This document shows positions 15,147-29,900 of a DNA stretch of 64,000 nt, piece by piece. The stretch's first letter is position 1. Each line of letters begins with the position of its first letter. Below the pieces are notes generated by a model. The model had not been told where the DNA came from. It made no database searches and was given only the letters and a program-made list of their open reading frames with translations. A program made the position numbers and the translations under genes. The stretch comes from Flaccisagitta enflata (Eukaryota), in assembly GCA_965153355.1 (NCBI GenBank), contig OZ231126.1, positions 25,668,001 to 25,732,000 on the forward strand, read 5' to 3'.

Positions 15147-16258
15147 AGAGGAAGACAAAGAGGAGGCAAACTCAGAGGGAGGAGGTGGGGAGGAGAAAAG
15201 AGGAAGACAAAGGGGAGGCCAGCTCAAGGGGCAATGAGGGGGTGGGGAAGAAGGGGTGGGGGAGAAAGGGCGGGGACGATGTGGAAGGAAACTTAAAAGG
15301 AGGAGGTAATGGGGTTAAGGGCAGTGTAGGTGCCACCTACTAGGTGGAGATAAAGAAAGGACATGCGATTGTACGTAAATCGTGACACAGTAACTATGAC
15401 AACGGAAACATCAACTACCACGACAACGACAACACCAATGACCAGAATGATCGAAAATGACAACGACAACTGAGACAACAATGACAGCAATAACAACAAT
15501 GATAGCAATCTATAACAACAAAATCAACGATGACAATCACGAATTTAAGAAAAGACGTAAAAATCCCGATTGTTTGACTCATTTTGTTGTTTCCGTTTGT
15601 TGGAGGATAAATAAGACAGTAGCAGCGACCGTTTGGGTGGATTTGGAACGGCCGAATGCTTCTGCTTCCAACTTCAAACGCAAACTTCGAACGCAAACTC
15701 ACAATCTAATCTTGAAAGTTTGTACAAGTCTAATTGTCCACATTCAAACACAACCGCGCGTCTTTGTACATGCGCATGTACACAGACTCGCATGCGCAGA
15801 CGTTCGCACGTGCGCTAAAAGTCATGATTGCGCGTGCATTGCATTCTTCATACCAGTGATGATCGAGGACGATGCAAAGGTCTCAAGTCTAGACTCGACT
15901 CCGTCAAAATCAGCGGAAGACAGAAGAAAGAAAAAAAAAAGAGCATGAAATTCCATGAAAGAAAAGAGGAACAAGGTTGGACACGCAGCCATTACAAGGG
16001 GAGCAGGGGTGGAAGTGCGCGTTTACACACTTATTGTGGTAGAGACAAACCGACGCGTCAGATAGACAGATAGCAGGATGGGGGAACTGGTGGACAGACA
16101 GAAATACAGACGGGCGGACAGACAGACAGATGGAAGGAAGAATGGACACTGCCGCTTATAGAGTCGCTAGTCTGCGACTAAGAAGTGAAAGCTGAGGATG
16201 AAAAAGAGAAGACGGCCCATTCAGTGCTAATGAAGCTCCCGCCCAATGCCAAAAGAGC

Positions 16259-17110
<852 letters not shown>

Positions 17111-17639
17111 AACAAAACAAAGAATCAACTATGACTGCAGTGCTGGAGAAGGTCATTAGGGCATCTGGGCAGGAGCCGTATGCTCAAAAAGCTCAAATTG
17201 TCAAAAAAGTAAAAAGAGAACCGACTGACCGACCAACCAACCGACTGACCGACATAGCGGGGTGTAGAGTTGCATAGCACGCGACTAAAAAGAAGACATG
17301 AACTGAAACTAGAGAAAAGGTATGAACTGAAAGATATATCGAGTGAGATACTGGGAGAAATGAAAATATCATGGTTAAAATTGATAAAGAAGAAGGGCAG
17401 AAGAATAATTTCAAAAAAAAAAAATAGGGAAAAAAGAGATCAATAAAAGGAGAAAAGAAAAAAGAGGGCTAAAAAAAAAGAGGAAATTGTGGATAAGAAA
17501 ATGATGAAGGAAGAAAAAGAAAGAATGTGAAAAAGATGAATAAAAAGAAAATTAAAAAGAAAAAAAGAGAAGAAACAAAACAGAGAAAAAGGTGGATATA
17601 GAAAGAAACAAAAAGTATAGGAAAGGAAAAAAAAAGAAG

Positions 17640-17828
17640 AACAAGGCCGGATACACGGCTACCGAAGTCGCGTGCGGGTGGGCAGGGGCCATATTTAAGT
17701 TTACTAGACCATTTGGGCAGGCGCCATGGGCTCAAAGAAATAAAATCATTAAAAAAAGTAAAACGTGACCGACCAACCGACGGACGGACGGACAAAGCGG
17801 GTTGTAGAGTCGCGTGCGCGCGACTTAA
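17640..17828 (+). mobile_element. Short interspersed element family A
   Basis: Begins aacaaggccggatacacgg, has a (GACC/GACG)n tract and ends in the hairpin agtcgcgtgcgcgcgact. Flanks are A-rich. Confidence 0.65.
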
Positions 17829-17965
17829 AAAAAGAAATAAAAGGTTCTGCGGAAATTCACTTCCTTCCACATTCCTGAGATTCCTGAGGCTATACACACA
17901 AATGGAAATATAAAAGCGGAAACGACAGAAAACTCCATTTCTCGCTTTTTCCACCCTCTTTCTAT

Positions 17966-18010
<45 letters not shown>

Positions 18011-18199
18011 GATTGAAAAACGAATGAGGAGAAAGAAAAATCTCTCTGTCTTTCTGTGATTTTACAGAGAGACAGACACAGACAAACAGATGTAAAAAGA
18101 TAGAGTGTGCGACAGACAGACAGACAGAGAGACACACCGACAGACAGTCGTATAAACAAAGAAAGCAATATGGAGTCACTGCGGGGAAGGTGTGGGCAG

Positions 18200-18780
18200 C
18201 GGCGGAGGCGGATGTGGAATCCACGGCAGTGGCGGTGGCGGTGGCGGTGGCGGTGGCGATGGTGGTGGTAGTGGCAGTTGCGGTATTGGCGGCCGTAGAG
18301 GCGGTGATGAAGGTAGCGGCGGTGGCGGGGGTAGTGGCGATGGCGGGGGAGGTAGTGGCGATGGCGGGGGTGGTAGTGGCGATGGCGGGGGTGGTGGTGG
18401 CTGCGGCGGTGGTGGCGGGGGTAGTGGCGATGGCGGGGGTGGTAGTGGCTGTGGCGGTGGTGGCGGGGGTAGTGGCGATGGCGGGGGTGGTAAAGGCGAT
18501 GGCGGGGGTGGTAGTGGCTGTGGCGGTGGTGGCGGGGGAAGTGGCGATGGCGGGGGTGGTAGTGGCTGTGGCGGTGGTGGCGGGGGTAGTGGCGATGGCG
18601 GGGGTGGTATTGGCTGTGGCGGTGGTGGCGGGGGTAGTGGCGATGGCGGGGGTGGTGGTGGCTGTGGCGGTGGTGGCGGGGGTAGTGGCGATGCCGGGGG
18701 TGGTGGTGGCTGTGGCGGTGGTGGCAGGGGTGTGGCGATGGCGGCGGTGGTGGCGGGGGTGGCGGTGATGGCGGGGGTGG
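18200..18780. repeat. GC-rich 18/21-bp minisatellite (ggcgatggcgggggtggtagt-like)
   Basis: Direct tandem copies. Confidence 0.85.
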
Positions 18781-18879
18781 CGCTCTCACCCCAACAGGAA
18801 ATCCAATAATGGAAGAAAAGCGTGACTCTGATCATCAAAAATTCATGTCTTTGGTCGAATCCGGGTTGTTTAAGACGAC

Positions 18880-19660
18880 GCCGCCACAAATGTCATCATT
18901 GGCATCTACGCCACAAACGTCATCATTGGCATCTACGCCACAAACGTCATCATTGGCATCTACGCCACAAACGCCATCATTGGCATCTTCGCCACAAACG
19001 TCATCATTGGCATCTACGCCACAAACATCATCATTGGCATCTACGCCACAAACATCATCATTGGCATCTACGCCACAAATGTTATCATTGCCATTTACGC
19101 CACAAATGTCATCATTGGCATCTACTCCACAAACGTCATCATTGGCATCTATGCCACAAACGCCATCATTGGCATCTTCGCCACAAACGTCATCATTGGC
19201 ATCTACGCCACAAACATCCTCATTGGCATCTACGCCATAAACGTCATCATTGGCATCTACGCCACATATGTCATTTTTGCCATTTACGCCACAAATGTCA
19301 TCATTAGCATCTACTCCACAAACGTCATCATTGGCATCCACTCCACAAACATCATCATTGGCATTGACCCCACAAACATCATCATTGGCATCTACGCCAC
19401 AAACGTCGTTGTCATTTACGCCACAAACGCCATCATTGGCATCTACGCCACAAACATCACCATTGGCATCTACTCCACAAACATCATCGTTGGCATCTAC
19501 GCCTCAAAGGTCGTCGGCACCATTTACGCCACAAACTTCATCATTGGAATCTACGCCACAAACGTCATCATTGGCATCTACGCCACACACGTCACCATTG
19601 GCATCTATGCCAGTTATGCCTCAAACATCATCATTGCCATTTATGCCACATACATCATCA
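18880..19660. repeat. 27-bp minisatellite (cgccacaaacgtcatcattggcatcta)
   Basis: Translates with a 9-aa period (TSSLASTPQ). An in-frame TAA occurs at 19238-19240. Confidence 0.9.
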
Positions 19661-20189
19661 GAACTGATGCCACCGGTGTCACTTATGATGAGGGACGTCA
19701 CCACTCACTAGCGCCAATGACGTCATGATTGCCACAACTGGCGCCATTTCCAACTCAGATGCCACACACTTCACCAACCATGACAGACATCATCTTTAAC
19801 GCAGTAATACACCTGGCGTCATATATGCCTCTGACGCCACCACACCTGGTAATCTCTAATAGAAAAATGTGAGATTAATACCCAAGCCATACCCGAGCAT
19901 ACCCAAGCATACCCGAGTATACCCTGGGTTTTAATCTCACCTGAGATTACGTGGTGCACCAAGGCTACTTACAATAGGGCGCCCACGAAGCCAACATTTA
20001 AGGTATCAACTTGGGTCAAAATAGAAAAGCGCCTCTTTTGCCACTGATGTAAACAGCGATGGCGGACTTCAATAAAGTTACAGTAACCACAACTGGGTTC
20101 GTTTAGGCCTCTGACGCCACTCATGATGACACACGACACAAGAGCCACTGATGTCGTCGTTATTGCAACCGGCGATCGCAACTGGCGCC

Positions 20190-20388
20190 ATATACGCCTC
20201 TAACGCCACGTACGCCAACGCCACCAATGTCACTGACGATATACGCCTCTAACGCCTCGTACGCCAACGCCACCCATGTCACTGACGATATACGCCTCTA
20301 ACGCCATGTTCGCCAACGCCACCAATGTCACTGACGATATACGCCTCTAACGCCACGTACGCCAACGCCACCCATGTCACTGACGATA
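20190..20388. repeat. 49-bp tandem repeat x4
   Basis: tatacgcctctaacgcc recurs at 20191, 20240, 20289 and 20338. Confidence 0.9.
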
Positions 20389-21157
20389 ACGTGACGTCGC
20401 TGAAGTCAGAGACGCCGACTCAGTTCCCGACGTGACGTCGGCGACGTCACGCTTCTCGCTATTGACGCAGACGGAGATGCTTTCTCTTTACGTTTTTACT
20501 ACGAATGGCTCCATTATTTCTGAAACTAGCACCGGTGTGACCGCCCCTGCACATGCCCCTGCCCATGCCCCTGCTTCTATCATAAGTTTCGATTCGTAGC
20601 TCAGTCTCATATTATCAAAACATGGGCATCAGGATCGACTGACCCTTGAAATAGTAAACTGCGTCAATTCTAGTCTTTCTGTCCAGTAGTTCTCAGCCTT
20701 TTTTTCACTTGTTCTGTTCACCTGGGAAAGATTGATCAAACATTGGCTGTAGCAACTTATAGTACTAGCCCCTTACTTTACTTTAACCTATTCCGAGTCC
20801 TCCGTCAAATGTGCTCACGACCAAGTCACTTTCGAAGCTGAGGTTAGGCTGCGCCCTTGCCCATGGGGAAAAAAAAGGGGGGGGGAGGTCTTGGTCATTT
20901 GTATTCTTAAAGGCTGGTGGAACGCGGCAGTATTTTTTTTTCTTGGGAGGTCGGCTGGTCGGGTCGGCTGGTCGGCTCAGATGGTTGGTTGGTTGGTCGG
21001 TTGGTTGGTCGGCCCTTCCGTTGTCGGTTCATTAGCTGATTTCAGATCATCCATCTTCTGAAAAGAGGAAAAATTAGTTTATGGAGGAAAAAGAGAAAGA
21101 CATAGAAAGGAGAAGAGGGGAGACACACACACAAACAAACTCAAACACACACACACA

Positions 21158-21228
<71 letters not shown>

Positions 21229-21298
21229 AGAGAAAGAAGAAAACAAGAAGGATAAGAAAGAAAGACAGACAGACAGACAGAAAGAAAGAAAGAAAGAT

Positions 21299-21377
<79 letters not shown>

Positions 21378-22391
21378 GATAAAAGTCTGAACAAAAAGTG
21401 CGGGACCGAGAATGAATGACGTTGAATGTTAAAGGAATGAAAAATAACGTGCATGTGAATAAAAAAGAGAGAGACAGAGACAGAGACAGAGACAGAGTCT
21501 TATAACAAGGCCAAAGCGTTACAAGTCGCGTGCGGTCTTGAATTCTAAAAGACTATAAGACTAAAAGACCAAAAGACAAATCAACAAGAAGCAGGAGCAG
21601 TAATGCAAAAAACGTCCAAAAACGCTGAAAAAAGCTAACGCGGCCCGACCGACCGACCGACCGACCGACATAGCGGTTCATAGAGTCGCGTAGCACGCGA
21701 CTAAAAAGACGAACAAAAAGAGGACGAATATAATAAAGGACAGAGTGAGGCAGAGAGCGAGGACGAGCTGGGCTGGAGCTGGATGAGGCCAATGTGGGCT
21801 GGATAAGCCCAATGTGGGCTGGATGAGGCCAATGTGGGCTGGATGAGCCCAATGTGGGCTGGAGTAGGTAGGATTACACCGGTTCGCAAAAGGCGGGGGG
21901 GGGGGACTGCTGAGGTCCGGTAAAAAACCCCAGTTAAGGCTGATGCAGCTAAGGTGCGATATCGCATCTTAGCAGTTACAATCGTTACTTGTTTCTGTCA
22001 CTCTCAATTTCATTTTCTTTTTCTTTTCTCTCTCTCTCTTTTATTATCTGGGATTTAGTTGATATCAAAACTTCCAGTCCAACTTTGCATTAGATATAAA
22101 GCTATGAGGAAACTAAAAGATAGTTTTTAAAGCAAATGAAAAAAATTACGGAAAAATATGCAATCAAACAGTGCATGTTTTTCTCATCCCAAGCATTCAA
22201 AAACAGAAATGCATCCTCTGATCATAAGGTATATGAACATGTAGTGAAGTTTTGATATATAACCCCATTGTAAATTAAGATGAATAATGGATTGTTGTTT
22301 TTGATGCTAGGGTGCCATATCGCACCCTAACTGCAGTTTTTGCAATTACCGCACCTTGGCAAACAGCTCCAAAAGGCTGGTAAGAAATGCT

Positions 22392-22433
<42 letters not shown>

Positions 22434-25236
22434 AAACCAATGTCGTCGCTTACAATTAGGCAGCAATCCTCTAATCATCGGACCGCGGCCGGTTCCTCAA
22501 TTTGCGTGACTGACCGACCGACCAACACTCCGAAATTTATCTTATAGAGTCACGTGACTGACTGACTGACTATCTGACCAACATATTGTAATTTACTAAT
22601 TTAGCTTAACAGAGTAACACCCGTGAGACTAAAAATCATTGGGCGTCAAAAGGGGAGACGGACAGAACCCTCCATATAATAAATAAAAAAGAGAAAAGCA
22701 AAAAAAAATTCAAATCGAATTTGAATTTTCATTGACGTCGCATCGGCTTGATTTTCACTGTCGGCCTATTTAAGGTCGGCCAGATTAGCACTGTCGGCCT
22801 GATTAGCATGGTCGGGTTAATTAGGTCGGCTTATTCCGGTTTCTCGGCTCGATTGAGTCGGTCACAAATATCAGCTTAATCAGAATCAACGATCATAATT
22901 ATCCACGATCAAAGCTAAACCGATATTTCTTTTAAAAGAAACTTTTCTTACTCCTCGCCTACTCCCCCACCCCCCTCCTCCACTCCTCGGGTACCCCCCC
23001 CCCCCACCACTCCCCCACTCCCTCGCTTCATCATTAACAATTCTGTGCTCGCACAGTCAGCCAACCCCCTGTGTAGCTCAATTTCATCTTCCATCCCCAT
23101 TTTCTATTGAGTCGCGCCTTCCCTCGTGTATTCAACTTTTCCGCCCCACCTGTCTTTCTTCCCCTTTCTATTCGTCCCACCCCCTGCCCCTATTATTCAT
23201 ACTTCCTAGCACATGCTGTCATGGTGAATATTGTGAAGCCACAGGCTGTTTTGCCACATGCTGCCATGCCACATGCTGCCATGCCAATTGCTATCATGCC
23301 TCTGTCTTTCACTGCCTTTATGCCTCCATGTTGCCGTGCCACATCCTGCCATGCCACAGGCTGTCATGCCACATGCTGCCATGTCACATGCTTTCATGCC
23401 CCTGTCTTTAACTAAATAATGCCTTCATGCCGTGAAGCGTGAATTGCAATTGCATCGCATGAAAAGGTAACTGATGGAAGCCGCTTCCTGTTTTATGATA
23501 TCCAAATGCTGTCATGCTTTTGTCTCACACTGCGGAATGCCTCCACGCCATAATACCATTATGCTGCAATCATGTCACGTGGTGTGAATTCTAATTGTGT
23601 GAAAACGTAGCTGCGGGAGGGCGCCGAGGTTTCAAACTGTCATGTTGCCTGCTGTCATGACATATCAAATATGTTTACGCCACATGCTATCATGCCACAT
23701 GCTAATACAGTTAAACTTTGCAATAACGGACCCAAGAGTAACGGAAACCCAGCAGTAGCGGAACTATTCCATTGGCCCCTGCTTTCTGTCTTTCATTTCT
23801 TTGTTTTAAACGTTCGTAAGTACCGGCTACGCCTGTATCGAAAAGTTCGTCTAATCCGCTTGACCTGAGCGGTCCGGAGGTCGGTAATCCCTAGGCCAAT
23901 AACGGAAAATCGACATTCATCAATAGTAATCGCGGCGAAGTCAGTGGTGAAATTGCTGGCATCAATAGAATTCACCGTCGAGAGAGAGAGAGAGAGCTTT
24001 TTACCTGAAGATGTATGACTGATTCACTGTGCCTTATCTGTACGATTAGCGTTAACACCCTCAACTTTGGGGGGTCAAAAATCAAAATTGCGATTTTGGT
24101 ATCAAAATTGATTCTAGTGGCAAGGAAAAACATAAACTAAGACCAATCAAAAAAAATTAGCCAATTTTATCGATTTTTGTGGCCTCATGAGCTTTCAGAA
24201 GTTGAAAAACAGCGAAATTTTTGCATCAAAATTTCGACCATTTTTCTCCTTACCTTTCACCGATTTTTTTTTCATTGTGGGCTCAAAAATCCATATGAAG
24301 ACATGCGGTTTTTTTTGCTGGCTCGGTCTTGAGTAGTTCTATCAGCTAGGAAAAAAAAATTGTCCAAAAATTGACAAATTATTGGGGTATTTTTAAAAAT
24401 GCTACATTTTAGATATTTTTGGGGTAAAAAATCCATGAAAAGTAGGTCTGGAACTTATATTGCCCCAAGAAACCCCACCATTTTTTTTTTATGATTTGAA
24501 AGCCCCATTAGGGTAGAGTCTTGGACCACTTTCAAAACTTGAGGAACCTGGCGGAACATCGGTCATTTAGGGGCATAAATGCTCACATGTCAAAATTCAG
24601 TCATAATCAGGGAGCTTAACGGCAGAAACTAAAGTGTAGGTCTAAAATTGCCAAAAAGCTCTGGAACCTTATCATCCTGACATATTTTTTCGTGCTGAAC
24701 ACGAATCTGGCATCCATTTTTGAAAATTTTTTGAGCTCCCCGCTCAAAAATCCATTTTTTTGCCAATTTTGGGGTAAAAATGCGTTTTTTGGCTACTTAG
24801 AGTCCACTGTTGTCCCTTGGTAGAAATTTTCAATCAAGCCTATCAAGAACTGTAATAAATACACTGTCCACAAGAATCTGGTGGCCATTCAAAGTTCTTA
24901 TATTGTCAAAAATAGGCCAAAAATGGGTCAAAATAGCCCAAAACGGCATTTTTTCCAAAAATATCAGAGTTACTTAGAATTTTTTAGCCAATCACACTCA
25001 ATCTAGGTCAGAACTAGGATAAATATACGCATTTAGAGCCTTGAACGCTGATACCAGGGTCATATCAGGCCAAAAACAGGCATAAAATTGGTTAAATTGG
25101 CCAAAATCTGCATTTTCATCAGACCGATCATTATTATTCCGATTTTTTTTGCCAATCTCATTAAATCCAGTCAGAACTAGGTCAAATATACCCATTGAGA
25201 GCTTTGGACACTGATACCGGAGCCTTAACAGGCCAA

Positions 25237-25780
25237 AACAGGTCGCCCAAGGGCAATATGTGGTCAGCGATACCCGTTGCCCTGCTTTGAGTGATTATGA
25301 ATTGGAGTGAGGGGAAGCAGGGCAGCGGCCCCAAAGGGGACAAAGTCCTGTAGAACACAGGGGGACTTTCGTTCGTCCTGCCTGAACAAGTGGATGAGAT
25401 GCTATAGCCTGAGAGGCCAGGTTTGAGGCCTGAGAGGTTGGATTTGAGGTCTAATAGGCCGGTTTTGAAGCCTGAGAGGCTGGATTTGAGGCCTGAGAGG
25501 CTGGATTTGAGGCCTGAGAGGCTGGATTTGAGGCCTGAGAGGCTGGATTTGAGGCCTGAGAGGCCAGATTTGAGGCCTGAGAGGCCAGATTTGAGGCCTG
25601 AGAGGCCAGATTTGAGGCCTGAGAGGCCAGATATGAGGCCTGAGGGGCCTGATAGGGGGGGATGAACGAACGGACGGACGAACAAACAGACGAACGAATG
25701 GACGGACGAACGAACGGACGAACGAACGAAAGTCCCCCTGTGTTCTACAGGACTTCGTCCCCTTTGGGGCCGCTGCCCAA
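25237..25780 (+). mobile_element. Short interspersed element family B, inserted into another repeat
   Basis: Same termini and 21-bp CCTGAGAGG array as 14608-15146. Confidence 0.7.
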
Positions 25781-26889
25781 TAAGGCTAAAAATAGGCTAA
25801 AATGACCAAAATCTGCATTTTCATCTAAAAAATCGCTGTGAATTACAATTTTTCCAATCACCTCACTCAATCTTGTCACAATTGGGTCAACTGTATTCAT
25901 TGAGAGCTTTAGACATTGATACCGGGGCCATTACAGGCCAAAAACAGGCCAAAGTTGGGCTGAAAGGGCCAAAATCTGCAACTTCATCTAAAAAATCATT
26001 GTTATTCAATTTTTTTTGTTGTTCAAACTCAATCCAGTCATAATGAGGACTAATATTTTCATTGAGAGCTTTTGATACTGATACCAGAGCCATAACAGGC
26101 CAAAACCCGGCCAAAAATGGGTTAAAATTGCCAAAATCTGCACATTCACTCAAAATTTTTTTGCTAAGCTCACTCCATCTCGTCGTAACTAGGACAAAAA
26201 CACTCATGAGAGGTCCAGACACTGATATCAGGGTCGCAACAGGCCAAAAACAGGCCAAAAATGGGCTAAAATGGCCACATTCTGTATTTCTACCTGTAAA
26301 TGCTCAAAAAATGATAAATTTTTTTCATTTTCTGTGTTGTGGGTCTACAATTACACGGGTAACGCAAATTGATGTGGGAAGAACACCATTTACGCGCATC
26401 TTTTAGCCATTTTTTGTCATTTGTTGTCATTTTTTGTCATTTTTCTGTCATTTGCAAGCATTTGCAAGCATTTTCCGTTTGCAAGCACTTTTAAGCCATT
26501 TTTTGTCATTTTTTGTCATTCTTTTGTCATTTGCAAGCATTTGAAAGTATTTGCAAGCATGTGCACTCATATGCAAGCACGTGCAAGCATTTGCAAGCTT
26601 TTAAGCCATTTTTTGTCATTTTTTGCAATTTGTAATATTCATTTGCAATGGTAGACTGACATAAAGACAGATATACCAGATATTGACAGACCAACTGACT
26701 GATGGACTGACCGACAAGCTCCACATAAATCCAAAGTAATTTGGCAAGCAGAAGAATTTTCAAAATTGTACTGTGTAGTTTTCTTGAGTACAAATGAAAT
26801 AATGCATTAAGTATACTTCAGCTCTAGAAAAATCAATTCATCTTTAAGTATAGATAGTTATTCAACTTGCTTTTGAACACAATTATTCG

Positions 26890-28265
26890 GAATAACTGTC
26901 AAAAATGCCATTTTCACAATATTACTTTAAGAAACAATTTCAAATGACAGTGGCTTGAGCATTGATGTGTGTAAATATCGTTTGATAAGTGTAACAGCAG
27001 TTTTTGAACATCAACAACCTGGAAAACTGTGAAAATGGCCATTTTTTCAGCAAAAAATGACAACAGCTTCAGTTGATATTTGGCAGGAATATGTCTCTGC
27101 GTCAAACTAATACTATTTGACCATTTACCACCTTAAACAGCTGTTTTTTAACGTCAACGACATGAAAAACTGTGAAAATGGTCATTTTTACAGCATTTTA
27201 CGGCAAAAAATGACACTGAATGATGACTGCTTCTATTGATTTTTGGCATGAGCATGTCTCAAGGCCAAACCATCACTGTTTCATCGTTTGATAACTATGA
27301 CAGCAGTTTTCTAACATCAACAACCTGAAAAACTGTGAAAATGGCCATTTTTACGGCAATTTACGGCAAAAGATGACACTGAATAACAACAGCTTCACTT
27401 GAATTTTGGCATGAATGTGTCTTGGAGTCAAACTAATACTGTTTGACCATTTGCCACCTTTCACAGCTGTTTTAAAACGACAACAACCTGAAAAACTGTG
27501 AAAATGGCCATTTTTACGGCATTTTACAGCCAAAAGTGACACTGAATAACAACAGCTCCACTTGAATTTTGGCATGAATATGTCTTGGAGTCAAACTAAT
27601 ACTGTTTGACCATTTGCCACCTTTCACAGCTGTTTTAAAACGACAACAACCTGAAAAACTATGAAAATGGCCATTTTTATGGCATTTTACGGCAAAAAAT
27701 GACACTGAATGATGACAGCTTCACTAGATTTTTGGCATGAATATGTCTCAGAGTCAAACCAATACTGTTTGACTGTTTGCCACCTGTTACAGCTGTTTTT
27801 TAACATCAACAACCTGAAAAACTGTGAAAATGACCATTTTTACGGCATTTTACGGCAAAAAATGACACTGAATGACAACAGCTTCACTTGAATTTTGGCA
27901 TGAATATGTCTTAGAGTCAAACTAATACTGTTTGACCATTTGCCACCTTTCACAGCTGTTTTATAACGTCAACAACCTGAAAAACTGTGAAAGTGGCCAT
28001 TTTTACGGCATTTTACAGCAAAAAATGACACTGAATGATGACAGCTTCACTTGATTTTTGGCATGATCATGTCTCAGAGTCAAACCAATACTGTTTGACT
28101 GTCTGCCACCTTTGACAGCTGGTTTTTCATACCAACAACCTGAAAAACTGTGAAAATGGCCATTTTTACGGCATTTTACGGCAAAAAATGACACTTAATG
28201 ATGACAGCTGCACTTGATTTGTGGCATGAGCATGTCTCAAGGCCAAACCATTACTGTTTCACCCT
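26890..28265. repeat. 163-bp tandem repeat (ttttacggcattttacggcaaaaaatgacact...)
   Basis: Repeated ORFs are 163 bp apart (27351, 27514). Diverged relatives occur at ~59260-59965. Confidence 0.85.
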
Positions 28266-29466
28266 TTGACAGTAGTGACAAATTGGGCTCTATGCTTCAA
28301 TTCTGTTTGCTGACCGCTGTAATCTATTTGCTTGTTGTGTTTGGCTTTGACTCTGGTTTACTATGTTACAAGTTACTGTTGGTCATTCTGTTGTTGTTTC
28401 TTTAGCTGTGATTCTTGGTCAGTATCGTTGATTGTCAGTAGATTAGTAGGTCGAGTAGCTACTTTACTCGCATTTATAGCTAGATATTAGAGATGCTCCC
28501 TGTAATCTGCATATTCTCTGCCCTGTTGAACTGAGACAGCATTACTGAGTTACTGGTTACTGCAAAATAAATGATTGTTTAGTAATATGTGATTTCATTT
28601 GTGTTTTTTGATGACGATGCATTACTATATTACTGTGTTACTGTGAAATAAAGGATTATTTTGGTAAATGTATACTGTGTAATATTTACTACGCCTTAAT
28701 TAGGAAGGATACAGAGGAAATTATTTACATAGTTATTAGAATAGCCGTAAGAAGAAAGAAGAAGAAGGGAGTAAGAGAGAGAGAGAAAAGTTTTGATTTG
28801 AAACTCAAAATAACGATTACAAATTAGGCGATGAGGTTGGATTGAGAGAAGAAGAATAGTAGAGTAGAGTAGGTGTAAGGATTACATAAGGATGGCATTG
28901 GGAGGACGTGGGACACATGCGGCAATATGCAGTAAGCAGTAGTGTGTATTTTATGAATGGTTGTGTGGGATTTGGTTTATTTTGTTACGGAGAGTGCGGA
29001 AATGTGATTTTTTTTGGTAGTTTTTAGATTTTTGGGGTTGGTAGTATATTTTTAAGGGTATTTTTAAGAGTTTGAGGTTTGTGTGGGATTTTTTTGGTGG
29101 GAGAATGTTTTTTTTTTGGGTAATTTTGAAGTAGTGTATGGTGCATTTGAATGTTTTTTAGTAAGTTTTTATATGGATTTTGATAATAGTTGAGGTTACT
29201 GAAATTTTAAGAATTTTTGATTAAAAATTGTGAGATGGTTTGAAATGTTAAAGTAAATTGTTGGTGGAGTGTGTGAATTAAGAGTTGGTGTGGGGGTGGG
29301 TGTAATAGTGAAATATGTGGGAGAGAGGAGGGGAGGTTGTGGAGTGGGGGGGTGTGAAGTTGAGGGGGGGGGGGTTGAGAAGGGGAAGAGGAAGAGGAGA
29401 AAAAGGATAAGGAGGAAGAGAAAAAAAGGAAGAGGAGGATGAGGAAGAAGAAGATGAGGGGGGGGG

Positions 29467-29499
<33 letters not shown>

Positions 29500-29900
29500 A
29501 GGGGAAGAAGAGGAAGAGGAAGAGGAAGATAAGGAAAGGGGAAGAGGAAGAGGAGTGGGGGGGGGGGTTGAAAATAAGGAAGATGGGGAGGAGAAGGAAG
29601 AGAAAGAGAGAAAGGGGGGGAGGAAGAGAAAGAGAGAAAGAGGAGGAGGAAGAGGAAGAGAGAAAGAAGAGGGAGAGAGGAAGAGAAAGAGGGAAAGAAG
29701 AGGAGGAAGAGAGGGAGAGAAAGAGGGAAAGAAGAGAAGGAAGAGGGGGGGGGGAGAAGGAAGAGAAGTGGGGAAAAGGGGGAGAAGGAAGAGGAGAGAA
29801 AGAGGAGAAGGAAGAGAAGGAAGAGGAGGAAGAGAAGGAAGAGCAAAAAAATAAAGAAATGCTATAAAGGCAGATGCATTTTTGAAAATTGATCATAAGC

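Noticed and set aside
14823-15237. Pentapeptide/coiled-coil-like ORFs (also 25182-25685)
   Set aside because: They come from the 21-bp tandem repeat inside interspersed family B.
17962-19711. Extensin-, Gly-rich- or mucin-like ORFs
   Set aside because: Minisatellite translations with an internal stop. No splice structure or non-repetitive domain supports a gene.
24050-26400. Possible autonomous DNA transposon
   Set aside because: Repetitive AT-rich sequence with no transposase ORF and no termini I could pair.
28271-28460. AGTAGT-like motifs as the left Polinton terminus
   Set aside because: I found no matching inverted copy on the right side of the element within the window.
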